A DNA stretch of 64,000 nucleotides from Nemertoderma westbladi. Its lineage: Eukaryota; Animalia; Xenacoelomorpha. The notes under the pieces were generated by a model. It was not told the origin of the DNA. It ran no database searches and saw only the letters and a program-made list of their open reading frames with translations. The position numbers and the translations under genes were made by a program. Positions 24,341-36,738 of this stretch are shown piece by piece; the first letter of the stretch is position 1, and each line of letters begins with the position of its first letter. The stretch spans positions 62,001 through 126,000 of the forward strand of contig JAUCBJ010007667.1 in assembly GCA_032718475.1 (NCBI GenBank), written 5' to 3'.

Positions 24341-24395
24341 TTAATAACTATTATTTTGAATAAAACGGTACCTAATACCTGATACCTAATAAACC

Positions 24396-24880
24396 GGTTC
24401 GATTATTTAGAGCAGCAGTAGAACCAGTACTCTTATATGGGAGTCCAGGCTCTAACTGCAGAGGATATATACCAAATCTCTGGATGGCACATTCACAAGA
24501 ATGCTACACCGGGTTCATTGTGTCAAGTACAATGAACATACATATCCTATCAGACTCCATACAACATTGGAGATGTTCCATTAATCTCTCCTAGCTTGAC
24601 TTTGAACGGAATCGCCTCCTCTTTGCGGACATTGCATTCGCCATGAGGACCAGCCAGTGCATAATCTTGTGCTTTGGCGCCCTCATGGAGAAAATTAGCA
24701 TGGTGGACAGCCTATGACTTTCTTGAGACCCATCTTAAAGGACACTGGCCTTAAAGATGCGGATGATCTAGAAAATGTCATGGGTGATAGGGAGTTATGG
24801 CGGCGCAATTTTGTCGACAAGCCGACACAGCCTTCTTAAAAATGCAGCTGCAATGCAGCATGCCGATCATAGTAGTAGTA
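24396..24880 (+). mobile_element. RTE LINE 3' fragment with (TAG)n tail
   Basis: Reverse-complement match to 25509-25995, including the 3' UTR AAAATGCAGCTGCAATGCAGCATGCCGATC and TAGTAGTAG tail. Confidence 0.88.
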
Positions 24881-24884
24881 AAAA

Positions 24885-25075
24885 TGTACCATCCAGAGAT
24901 TTGATATCCTCAGCAGATAGAGGCCAGTATGGACTCACATAGAGGAGTGGACAGGTACTACTGGTCTACATAATTGGACCTCAAGTTTCCGACGTACCAT
25001 ACCGCAAGTGACTTCCAAATCCTAGACAGCCCATTCAATGCGGCTCATGCCCATGCCTTCCCCTTAAGTATTGCA
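24885..25075 (-). mobile_element. Degenerate internal RTE fragment
   Basis: Similar to 25900-26080 (CCATCCAGAGATTTG...GACTTCCAAATCCT...GCCCATGCCTT). Confidence 0.75.
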
Positions 25076-25508
25076 GCAATACCTCATCAGGGATCCCACA
25101 GGCCTTAATGATCTTAAATATGCAGGGTGGCAGACAGAATCAACGACCTTGTCTGTCATGCATGTCTTACATGTCTGTCTTTCCTTCTAGACAATTCGTC
25201 AAAGATCCTCATAAGTGTCAGAATTGGCTCCAGGAAACTTCAACCTTTTCGGTACCCATCCCACACAGAATATATACGCCAATACCTCCAGTAGGCGTTA
25301 TTTCCATCTAAGGAAGCCATCCCTAAAGACGATTTCAACAACGCTAGTTTTAAGACGATGAAAGAACTCATCTGGTTGAAACACCACCGATTGTCACCAT
25401 CACTACGCTCCTCACGCATATAGAGCAACAACGTCGATTCCAAACATCAGGAACGTCGTGACGGGGAATAACGCAGATTGCAGATGTGACGAACTTAGAC
25501 GTAGAGAC

Positions 25509-27076
25509 TACTACTACTAGGATCGGCATGCTGCATTGCAGCTGCATTTTTAAGAATGCTGTGCCGGCTTATCGACAAAATTGCACCGCCACAACTCCCT
25601 ATCACCCATGACATTTGCTAGATCATCCGCATCTTCAAGGCGAGTGTCCTTTAAGATGCGTCTCAAGAAAGTCATGGGCTGTCCACCATGCTTATTCACT
25701 CCATGAGGCTGCCAAAGTACAATATTATGCACTGGCTGGTCCTCACGACGAAAGCAATGTCCTGCAAAGCGAAGGCGATTTTGTTCTAGTGTCAAACTTG
25801 GGGGAACCAATGAGACACCTCCAATGCTATATAGTGTCTGGTTGGAGATGTGTGCATTGTACTTGACACAATAAACACGGTGTAGCATTCTTGTGAATGT
25901 GCCATCCAGAGATTTGGAGTCCTCAGCAGTTAGAGCCCAGCATGGACTCCCATAGAGGAGTACTGGAAGTACTGCTGCTCTAAATAATCGGACCTTAAGT
26001 TTCCGATTAATTCTCGTTGACTTCCAAATCCTGGAAAGCCTATTCAAGGCTGCCTGCCCATGCCTTTCCCTTACGTATTCGAAGGTCTTCACCTGACTTC
26101 CGGATCCATGATCCCAGGTAACAGAAGTCATCCACATGCTCAAGCATACTTTTCAAGCATACAAGCATATTTTGAGCTTATGCTCATCCGATCAGAGACT
26201 TGCTGAGGACTTTCAAAGTTAACTGTCAAAATTTTGGTCTTTCTGGAGTTAATAAAAAGACCAACACTAGAAGCAGCATGTTCTAATGAGCTGAGGAGCC
26301 GTTGGGATCCCTCTAGTGATTCTGAGAGTACTCCTAAGTCATCAGCAAAGTCTAGATCAGTTAGGTACTTGGCAGGATTTCCTCGACTTCTGGAGCCAGT
26401 AGGTGGAGTTATCATCACCCCATCATCATTATGATGATCTAAGGACATGCGTAGAACATAGTCAACTACAATTATGAACAAGAATGGTGCAAGTGTGTCT
26501 CCCTGGAGGACGCCACATAACACTTCAAATGGTTCTGTGTCACCGTCAACAGTAGACACAAATGTTGTCGAACCATCGTATACTGATCTGATTGCTGCAA
26601 TAATTTCATCAGGAATCCCATATAATGAAAGTATGCTGAACATACGTGAGCGAGAGACTGAATCAAAGGCCTTGAAGAAGTCAACAAAGATAACAACCAG
26701 ATGCCTGTCTTTCTTTTTTGATAACTCTTCAATTATCCTTCTAAGTGTCAGAATGGGCTCCATGGTCCCACGACCTTTACGGAACCAATTCTGATTTCCA
26801 CGGAGCACTGAATCAAAGGCCTTGAAGAAGTCAAGAAAGATAACAGCCAGATGCCTGCCTTTCTTTTTTGATAACTCTTCAATTATCCTTCTAAGTGCCA
26901 GAATGGGCTCCATGGTCCCACGACCTTTACGGAACCCATTCTGATTTCCTCGGAGCAGTCTCTCAATGGGATCCCTGATGCGATTTAATAGAATTATATT
27001 GTATAGCTTTGCAGCAATTGAGACCAATGAGATTCCCCGAAAAGAACCATAGAGTGTTAGGTAGACGTAGTGTTAG
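25509..27076 (-). mobile_element. 5'-truncated RTE-clade non-LTR retrotransposon (reverse transcriptase pseudogene)
   Basis: RT motifs FRGISLVSIAAKLYN, QNGFRKGR, DFFKAFDSV, GVLQGDTLAPFLF, DLDFADD, INSRKTK and a frameshifted FCYLGSWI; RTE-type C-terminus (KLKVRLF...LLYGS..W, RLRFAGHC.R). (TAG)n tail; 13-bp TSD TAGACGTAGAGAC at 25496-25508 and 27077-27089. Confidence 0.93.
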
Positions 27077-28520
27077 TAGACGTAGAGACACCACACGATC
27101 GATGGGACTCATCGGCCTCAGACTCATTCAGCCCGATTTCAACATTCAACCAGGCAGGTCCCACCAGCTACTGCGCCTGCGCCCCACCACTGTACATTGG
27201 TCTGGATACTGGACGTCTGGTCTCAGACGTTCAGTTCCCTGAGTTTAGGTTATGGTAAGACTGACAAATCCAAGTATTGGGTTGGCCACGGGCAGTCCAA
27301 ATCAAGTGGATGGACTGCCAAGCCCCTGGCCCCACAACCAAAACAACAAACTAGCATTATACAACCCCCACACATGACAGACTACTGTAGGAATTGTAGC
27401 TATGAACATGTTGACAGGAAGTGCCCTGCCCCTCAAATAGCTTATAGCGCCCTCCCCAATAGTGACACTGCTCCCGCTATTATTAGTATCTCTCTATTTA
27501 ATGTGATAGGTGGTAAAAAGTTCAATTTCTACCACCACCACACAGACTTGGAGGCCACAGACAGGCTGACAGGGTCTGCTTCTGCAGCCTCCACATATCC
27601 GGCCTCCTAAATGATAAAGGCCTGGATACGTCATATAGGTAGACAGCCAGGGTGGAGTCAGGGTGGTGCAGCGCACCGACATCAGAGGGATCAGACAGTC
27701 CCATTGTACTACGCCTGCGACCCCCATCTGCCACTAACAGGCTGACAGGGGGAGGGCAGAGGGGGGCCTCATTGTCAATAAACCCACACCGACTAGAACC
27801 CAAGGAAATCCCCCACCTGACAACACTGGGTCATGTCAGGCTCAGTACCCCGTCCGCTGTCAATCCCTGTCAGCCTGTGACTTCCATTTGAAGGTACCCG
27901 AAACGTGACTGTACTGTACCGATTATATTATTACAGCTTACAACTTCGGGAGAGTTACCGGTATTTCTTTGTAAATAAAACAAACATCAAACAAGCACAT
28001 TAAATTAATTACCATATGTGTGTGTACGGTGTACCCAAACCCAAATTAATTAAATTATATAGATTATTATACTGTTATATTACAGTATTAATTACTGGTG
28101 TAATGCAGTAATGTCAAGAATACTAATACAGCAATACACAGATCAAACCCCTCTGTACCCAAACCCAAATTAATTAAAACACACTTTCAGCCTTCTGGAC
28201 TAATTGACTAACCATAAATTTGAAGTCGATAACACATTAACACATCATTGATCATCGCCAGGTTTGCTTAACGTTAAAGAAACCGATTCCTGGTAGAAAT
28301 TTATAATTTCAGATGTGGAATGAATTCAAAAATTGTTTCGTCGAAGACTCGCGATACTGCAATGACTGTGAACTGAACTGAACAGACTATTTGAGGTAAC
28401 CTGTAGCTGTAGTATCGTCCATACCACTGTACCATACCAGCATAACAAATACAGCAATGGAACAAACTGCCTCGGATCAGATCAGCCGGTTGACTCGTTC
28501 TGTCGTTGAGCAGTTGAGGT

Positions 28521-28546
28521 AGCAGCAGCAGCAGCAGCAGCAGCAG
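28521..28546. repeat. (CAG)n microsatellite
   Basis: About 8 AGC/CAG units; not in a supported ORF. Confidence 0.85.
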
Positions 28547-30257
28547 CCAGCAGATAGGCTTAGCTGCCTAGCGGCTAGCGGAAGGCTTAATCAGTCAGTC
28601 AGTAATGACAAATGGCAATTCTGTAATGTAGGCCCTACAAATGTAATGTACGGTACCGGTACCGGTACTGCGGTAGCTAGCATAGTCAGATAGTACCGTT
28701 TACATAGTCAGACAGAATATACATGTATAGACTGATAGACCTAGCTGCCTAGACCTGTAGACTGCTAGATGTAAGACAGTAAGATGTTAGGATGTAGCGT
28801 GTAGGTAGGCTACCCGAGGACCTCTGAAACTGTCATAGTCATAGCTGAAAGGTTTAAGAAGCAAAAGGTAAAAGTTTACAGGGACCGGCACTTAGCACAA
28901 TGCTGCCTGATTGCAATATTTGAGTTCGAGGATCAATCTGTCAATAACCTTCAGTACTGCAGTAGGCCTACCCTACAGTACTGCAGTACCGTACCGGTAC
29001 TGACTGCTGGCTGGCTGGAGCTGGACTGACTGAAGTACAGAAGTAACTGAGTAGGTACCGATAACAGAGGAATGTTACGTTACTCAGTATCTGTATCTCA
29101 GTATCTCCGACGACAAGTCAGCATCTCGACCAGGCGACCGTCTCACCGTGTGCCGGTGCCGTGGCCATACAGATTTTGTAGTTTTGATTTCGTCGTTATA
29201 GCGGTTTACTGGTTTAGGCCTAAGCTGTTACAGTGTTACAGTGTTAAGAACAATGTACCGGTCTGCCGGTACTGATGTACATGATGTATGTACAGATGTA
29301 GGTCTGTGCTGTCTGTATGTAGGTTGGCGTTGGATGGCTGGTTGGTGGGCTACGTACTGACTGACGTACTCGCTACTCGCCGACCGCTGTTGCGCTGTAC
29401 CGGCTTATCGGTACCTACCTGCTTACTGCTGTACTGCGTACCGGTACTGCTATACTGGCAGACCGGTATGTGAAGTAAACACCACAGCGCACAGCGGGAG
29501 GCCTACCGTACTATCTGACTATCTGCATGATCTGACACTGACTAATTACTGTATTACAGTATTATATTACTGTATTACCAATGACAGTATTACTCACTGT
29601 CAGACTGTATTCTGATATTACAGTGCTGCAGTGTTAGTATAAAACAGTAAGTAAAGCTGAATGAAGCTTGAAGGATAAGGAATGGCACACCACATGTCAC
29701 ACTCACAACCACTAAAGAGTCTTTCACTTTCTGATTCAGCAATCAGTCAACAATGAGTAATAGGCCTAGTCTCTAGCCACAATAAATGAGTTGCCTTTGG
29801 ATGGGAATTAAATGGTATGGGTGATTTTGGTATGTTTTGTTGTTGATATCAATAATCCGACTGATGCCCAATTGGCAAAAAAATACTATCTTAATGGGAA
29901 AAGTGCCCTGCTTACATGTTTTAAAATAATGTGTTACTGAAAATCCTGGTTGTTTTCAGGTATATTAATCTTTAATATATAAAAGACATTCCAGGAATAC
30001 CACGAAGCCTCCTAATAGAACTACATTTTACATCTACAGCAGAAGTGTCACAAATCATCATGTGATGGGAGTTTCCTGTTATATATTAGTTGAGATTATT
30101 AATTTATCCGTAGTAATGGTATCAACTAAAATCGTGTTTTGTGTCACTAAACTAGGGAACCTGTGGAAAATAGAAGTATTATCGAAATGGATCTTGGATT
30201 GAATGTGATCAAAGTCCTCAATGATGACAGCCGCATATCGGCTATGGAGAAGCACAT

Positions 30258-33200
30258 GGTGTTAATGTGCGAGTGAAGGATGGGGTGTTAATGTGCGAGT
30301 GAAGGATGGGGTGTTAATGTGTGAGTGAAGGATCGGATGTTAATGTGCAAGTGAAGGATGGGGTGTTAATGTGCAAGTGAAGGATGGAGTGTTAATGCGC
30401 GAGTGAAGGATGGGGTGTTAATGTGCGAGTGAAGGATGGGGTGTGTAAGTAAGTGTGAGTGTGAATATGAGGGACGTAGCGTGTTAATGTGAGAGTGAAG
30501 GACGGGGTGTGGATCTAAGAGTGAGTGTGAGTGTTGCGTGTGAATGTGAGGGACGTGGTGTTAATGTGAGAGTAAAGGATGTGGTGTTAATATGAGAGTG
30601 AAGAACGGGGTGTGGATCTGAGAGTGAGTGTTTCGTGTGGATGTAAGTGACGTGGTGTTGATGTGAGAGTAAAGGATGTGGTGTTAATATGAGAGTGAAT
30701 GACGTGGTGTTAATGTGAGAGTGAAGGACGTGGTGTTAATGTGAGAGTGAAGGACGGAGTTTGGAGGTGAGAGTGAGTGTTTGGTGAGAATGTGAGCGTG
30801 AATCACGAGGTGTTAATGTGCGAGGGAGTGGTGGTTGTGAATTTGAATGTGAATGAGTGACGTAGTGTTAATGTGAGAGTGAAGGACTGTGGTGTTAATG
30901 TAAAAGTGAGTGTTGTGTGTGAATGTGAATCAGTGACGTGGTGTTAATGTGAGATTGAAGGACGGAGTGTGGAGGTGAGAGTGAGTGCGAATGCGAGGGA
31001 CTTGGTGTTAATGTGAGATTGAAGGACGTGGTGTTAATGTGAGAGTGAAGAACGTGGTGTTAATGTGGGAGTGTGTGTTGGGTGTGAATGTGAATCAGTG
31101 ACGTGGTGTTAATGTGAGATTGAAGGACGGAGTGTGGAGGTGAGAGTGAGTGTGAATGCGAGGGACTTGGTGTTTATGTGAGATTGAAGGACGTGGTGTT
31201 AATGTGAGAGTGAAGGACGGAGTGTGGAGGTGAATGTGAAAGCGAGGGACTTGGTGTTAATGTGAGATTGAAGGACTGTGGTGTTAATATGAGAGTGAAG
31301 GGCTGTGGTGTTAATGTGAGAAGGGGTGTTGGGTGTGAATGTAAATGAAGGACGTAATGTTAATGATGAGAGTAAAGGACGGAGTGTGGTGTCGAGAGTC
31401 AGTGTTGGGTGTGAGTGTGAGAGTGAAGGACGTGGGGTTAATGTGAGATTGAAGGACGTGGTGTTAATGTGAGAGTGGAGGTCTGTGGTGTTAATGTGAG
31501 AGTGAAGGACTGTGGTGTTAATGTGACAAAGAGTGTTGGTGCGAATGTGAGGGACTTGATTTTAATGTTAAAGTGAAGGACGTGGTGAATGTAAATGAAG
31601 GAAGTGATGTTAATGATGAGAGTAAAGGACGGAGAGTGGAGGGGAGAGTCAGTGTTGGGTGTGAATGTGAGGGACGTCATGTTAATGTGAAAGTGAAGGA
31701 CGGAGTGTGGGGGTGAGAGTGAAGGACATGGTGTTAATGTGAGAGTGAAGGGCGGAGAGTGGAGGTAAGAGTGAAGGACATGGTGTTAATGTGAGAGTGA
31801 AGGACGGAATATGGAGGTGAGAGTGAGTGTTGGGTGTGAATGTGAGGGACGTGGTGTTAATGTGAGAGTGAAGGACGTGGTGTTAATGTGAGAGGGTGTG
31901 TTTGGTGTGAATGTGAATGAGGGACGCGGTATTAATGAAAGAGTGAAGGACGGAATGTGAAGGTGAGGGTGAGTGTTGGGTGTGAATGTGATGGGCGTGG
32001 TGTTAATGTGAGAGTGAAGGATGTGGTGTTAATGTGAGAGTGAAGGACGTGGTGTTAATGTGAGAGGGTGTATTTGGTGTGAATGTGAATGTGGGACGCG
32101 GTATTAATGAAAGAGTGAATGACGGAATGTGGAGGTGAGGGTGAGTGTTGGGTGTGAATGTGAGGGAGGTGGCGTTAATGTGAGAGTGAAGGACGTGGTG
32201 TTAATGTGAGAGGGTGTGTTTGGTGTGAATGTGAATGAGGGACGCGGTATTAATGAAAGAGTGAAGGACGGAATGTGGTGTTGAGAGTGAGTGTTGGGTG
32301 TGAATGTGAAGGATGTGGTGTTAATGTGAGAGTGAAGGATATGGTGTTAATGTGAGAGTGAAGGACGTGGTGTTAATGTGAGAGGGTGTGTTTGGTGTGA
32401 ATGTGAATGAGGGACGCGGTATTAATAAAAGAGTGAAGGACGAATGTGTGGTGAGAGTGAGTGTTGGGTGTGAATGTGAGGGACGTGGTGTTAATGTGAG
32501 AGTGAAGGACGTGGTGTTAATGTGAGAGGGTGTGTTTGGTGTGAATGTGAATGAGGGACGCGGTATTAATGAAAGAGTGAAGGACGAATGTGTGGTGAGA
32601 GTGAGTGTTGGGTGTGAATGTGAAGGATGTGGTGTTAATGTGAGAGTGAAGGACGTGGTGTTAATGTGAGAGGGTGTGTTTGGTGTGAATGTGAATGAGG
32701 GACGCGGTATTAATGAAAGAGTGAAGGACGAATGTGTGGTGAGAGTGAGTGTTGGGTGTGAATGTGAAGGATGTGGTGTTAATGTGAGAGTGAAAGACGT
32801 GGTGTTAATGTGAGAGGGTGTGTTAGGTGTGAATGTGAATGAGGGACGCGGTATTAATGAAAGAGTGAAGGACGGAATGTGGAGGTGATGGTGAGTGTTG
32901 GGTGTGAATGTGATGGGCGTGGTGTTAATGTGAGAGTGAAGGATGTGGTGTTAATGTGAGAGTGAAGGACGTGGTGTTAATGTGAGAGTGAAGGACGTGG
33001 TGTTAATGTGAGAGGGTGTGTTTGGTGTGTGAATGTGAACGAGGGACGCGGTATTAATGAAAGAGTGAAGGACGGAATGTGGAGGTGAGGGTGAGTGTTG
33101 GGTGTGAATGTGATGGGCGTGGTGTTAATGTGAGAGTGAAGGATGTGGTGTTAATGTGAGAGTGAAGGACGTGGTGTTAATGTGAGAGGGTGTGTTTGGT

Positions 33201-35280
33201 GTGAATGTGAATGAGGGACGCGGTATTAATGAAAGAGTGAAGGACGGAATGTGGAGGTGAGGGTGAGTGTTGGGTGTGAATGTGATGGGCGTGGTATTAA
33301 TGTGAGAGTGAAGGATGTGGTGTTAATGTGAGAGTGAAGGACGTGGTGTTAATGTGAGAGGGTGTGTTTGGTATGAATGTGAATGTGGGACGCGGTATTA
33401 ATGAAAGAGTGAATGACGGAATGTGGAGGTGAGAGTGAGTGTTGGTTGTGAATGTGAGGGACGTGGTGTTAATGTGAGAGTGAAGGACGTGGTGTTAATG
33501 TGAGAGGGTGTGTTTGGTGTGAATGTGAATGAGGGACGCGGTATTAATGAAAGAATGAAGGACGGAATGTGGTGTTGAGAGTGAGTGTTGGGTGTGAATG
33601 TGAAGGATGTGGTGTTAATGTGAGAGTGAAGGATATGGTGTTAATGTGAGAGTGAAGGACGTGGTGTTAATGTGAGAGGGTGTGTTTGGTGTGAATGTGA
33701 ATGAGGGACGCGGTATTAATAAAAGAGTGAAGGACGAATGTGTGGTGAGAGTGAGTGTTGGGTGTGAATGTGAGGGACGTGGTGTTAATGTGAGAGTGAA
33801 GGACGTGGTGTTAATGTGAGAGGGTGTGTTTGGTGTGAATGTGAATGAGGGACGCGGTATTAATGAAAGAGTGAAGGACGAATGTGTGGTGAGAGTGAGT
33901 GTTGGGTGTGAATGTGAAGGATGTGGTGTTAATGTGAGAGTGAAGGACGTGGTGTTAATGTGAGAGGGTGTGTTTGGTGTGAATGTGAATGAGGGACGCG
34001 GTATTAATGAAAGAGTGAAGGACGAATGTGTGGTGAGAGTGAGTGTTGGGTGTGAATGTGAAGGATGTGGTGTTAATGTGAGAGTGAAGGACGTGGTGTT
34101 AATGTGAGAGGGTGTGTTTGGTGTGAATGTGAATGAGGGACGCGGTATTAATGAAAGAGTGAAGGACGAATGTGTGGTGAGAGTGAGTGTTGGGTGTGAA
34201 TGTGAAGGATGTGGTGTTAATGTGAGAGTGAAAGACGTGGTGTTAATGTGAGAGGGTGTGTTAGGTGTGAATGTGAATGAGGGACGCGGTATTAATGAAA
34301 GAGTGAAGGACGGAATGTGGAGGTGATGGTGAGTGTTGGGTGTGAATGTGATGGGCGTGGTGTTAATGTGAGAGTGAAGGATGTGGTGTTAATGTGAGAG
34401 TGAAGGACGTGGTGTTAATGTGAGAGTGAAGGACGTGGTGTTAATGTGAGAGGGTGTGTTTGGTGTGTGAATGTGAACGAGGGACGCGGTATTAATGAAA
34501 GAGTGAAGGACGGAATGTGGAGGTGAGGGTGAGTGTTGGGTGTGAATGTGATGGGCGTGGTGTTAATGTGAGAGTGAAGGATGTGGTGTTAATGTGAGAG
34601 TGAAGGACGTGGTGTTAATGTGAGAGGGTGTGTTTGGTGTGAATGTGAATGAGGGACGCGGTATTAATGAAAGAGTGAAGGACGGAATGTGGAGGTGAGG
34701 GTGAGTGTTGGGTGTGAATGTGATGGGCGTGGTATTAATGTGAGAGTGAAGGATGTGGTGTTAATGTGAGAGTGAAGGACGTGGTGTTAATGTGAGAGGG
34801 TGTGTTTGGTATGAATGTGAATGTGGGACGCGGTATTAATGAAAGAGTGAATGACGGAATGTGGAGGTGAGGGTGAGTGTTGGTTGTGAATGTGAGGGAC
34901 GTGGTGTTAATGTGAGAGTGAAGGACGTGGTGTTAATGTGAGAGGGTGTGTTTGGTGTGAATGTGAATGAGGGACGCGGTATTAATGAAAGAGTGAAGGA
35001 CGGAATGTGGAGGTGAGGGTGAGTGTTGGGTTTGAATGTGATGGGCGTGGTGTTAATGTGAGAGTGAAGGATGTGGTGTTAATGTGAGAGTGAAGGACGT
35101 GGTGTTAATGTGAGAGGGTGTGTTTGGTGTGAATGTGAATGTGGGACGCGGTATTAATGAAAGAGTGAATGACGGAATGTGGAGGTGAGGGTGAGTGTTG
35201 GGTGTGAATGTGAAGGACGTGGTGTTAATGTGAGAGTGAAGGATGTGGTGTTAATGTGTGAGTGAACGACGGAGTGTGGA
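30258..35280. repeat. GT-rich satellite: 26-bp monomer GGTGTTAATGTGAGAGTGAAGGACGT organised into 144/170-bp higher-order repeats
   Basis: Monomer spacing is 26 (30258, 30284); marker GACGAATGTGTGGT recurs at 32439, 32583 and 32727 (period 144). The plus strand is almost devoid of C. Confidence 0.97.
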
Positions 35281-36279
35281 ATTGAGTGTTGGGATTTGAG
35301 AGAGAACACGAGATACTTACTTTAGAGCTGTAAAGTTCGCAATACTTGACTTAGTTATTGAATGTACTCAGCTATAGCTATGTTATATGGGGCCCAAGTG
35401 AAGTATACCAGCCTTTCTGCTGTTATATTTTGCTTTGCAGTTTTCTTTTTGAAGAATTCCAGGTTTTCACTAAAAAACACATGTTACATACGGACTTAAT
35501 CTAACCAAAACAATATACGAATTAAATAGAATTAGAATTTAGACAACAAAACATCAGAATTATAGCGATTTGCGTCTCTAAATTTACACCTTAGTATTTT
35601 GATAATATCTTTACCAATTTTTGGTTAAATTTAAAACGGTTTTCAGATTCGAAATCTACAGACGAAGGCGGTTCTAATGATATCCAGATTACATTCCAAA
35701 GACGTAAAATAAAGTCTACGGAGGTGGTTAAACATTGCTAAATATACTTTTTAAGGGCTTGTTGTATGGAAATAACTGAGAAATTGAAAAATCCGGCCAG
35801 GCCACCAGTAAGAAATGGTGTCGATCTATCATCATACCGAATTTCGTAGCATTTTATTGAAATTTGAATAAAGTTAGGGGGGGGGGGGGGGGTGGGGCTC
35901 CGACCCCCTAAAAATGGTTGTTGTATTAAGGGTTTATGGTGTATTTCTTACCATAATTTATAATTCAATAATATATTAACTAATCTTTTACTATGGCATT
36001 TTACTGGTACTTATGTGTGACATGGCATGTCGTATGTGTTGTTGAGTGATAAATGTGTTCCAGTAGAACGCATCCTCCCTAGCATTATGTGGTAAAAATA
36101 TAATTGTGGTTTCTCAACACGTTAATTGTTTATTTAAAGCTCAATTCCAACGAAAATACAAAACTCCCACTAATAGCGCCCTGCAAGCATTTGAATAACA
36201 AAAGGCTGATTCCATAAATGAGCAAATCCATTCTCTCCAAAATATTTAAACGCGAAATTAAAGCTCACCAAATAGCGTG

Positions 36280-36395
36280 ACGGGATTGGCTGATGGCGTT
36301 GTGCTGAGTTGCTTGACAGGCCAGTGTTAGCTAGGCGGAGTATTCGAGTGATTGGCAGCCGGCGTTGCCAGCATAATGCAGTACTTATAACCCCT
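36280..36395 (+). promoter_or_regulatory. Candidate core promoter of Fz5/8
   Basis: Locally GC-richer patch with two reverse CCAAT boxes (ATTGG at 36285 and 36351), a GC-box-like GGCGGAG (36334) and TATAA (36386), about 350 bp upstream of the ATG. Confidence 0.5.
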
Positions 36396-36738
36396 CCCTG
36401 TCCATTGGACTGGCATTATTTGATACATTAACGATTTACGAGCCAACTACTTGTCTGTTTTATTCCATTTAGTATTATCCGTTTTAGTTTGCATCTTTCG
36501 CAGTTGACATTTTATAAATATTTAATATTAATTGCTGTTACTACCGGGTTTTGTATTTACATTATTATTTGCCGAGTATTAATCGCGGCAATGTAATTTT
36601 CCGAACTCGGGATATTAATATTTTTAAATATTAATATTTTTCGCTTGCCGTTTTAAAACCAAAACGTTTTACAAACTTATCGACAATAAATTATTATCTG
36701 TGTAACGCGTTTCCAACCGCATAAAACCAAACGCGAAA

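Noticed and set aside
25550-27027. Retron, group II intron, DGR or otherwise domesticated reverse transcriptase
   Set aside because: RTE-clade motifs, 5' truncation, (TAG)n tail, TSD, frameshifts and multiple decayed copies mark an ordinary dead LINE.
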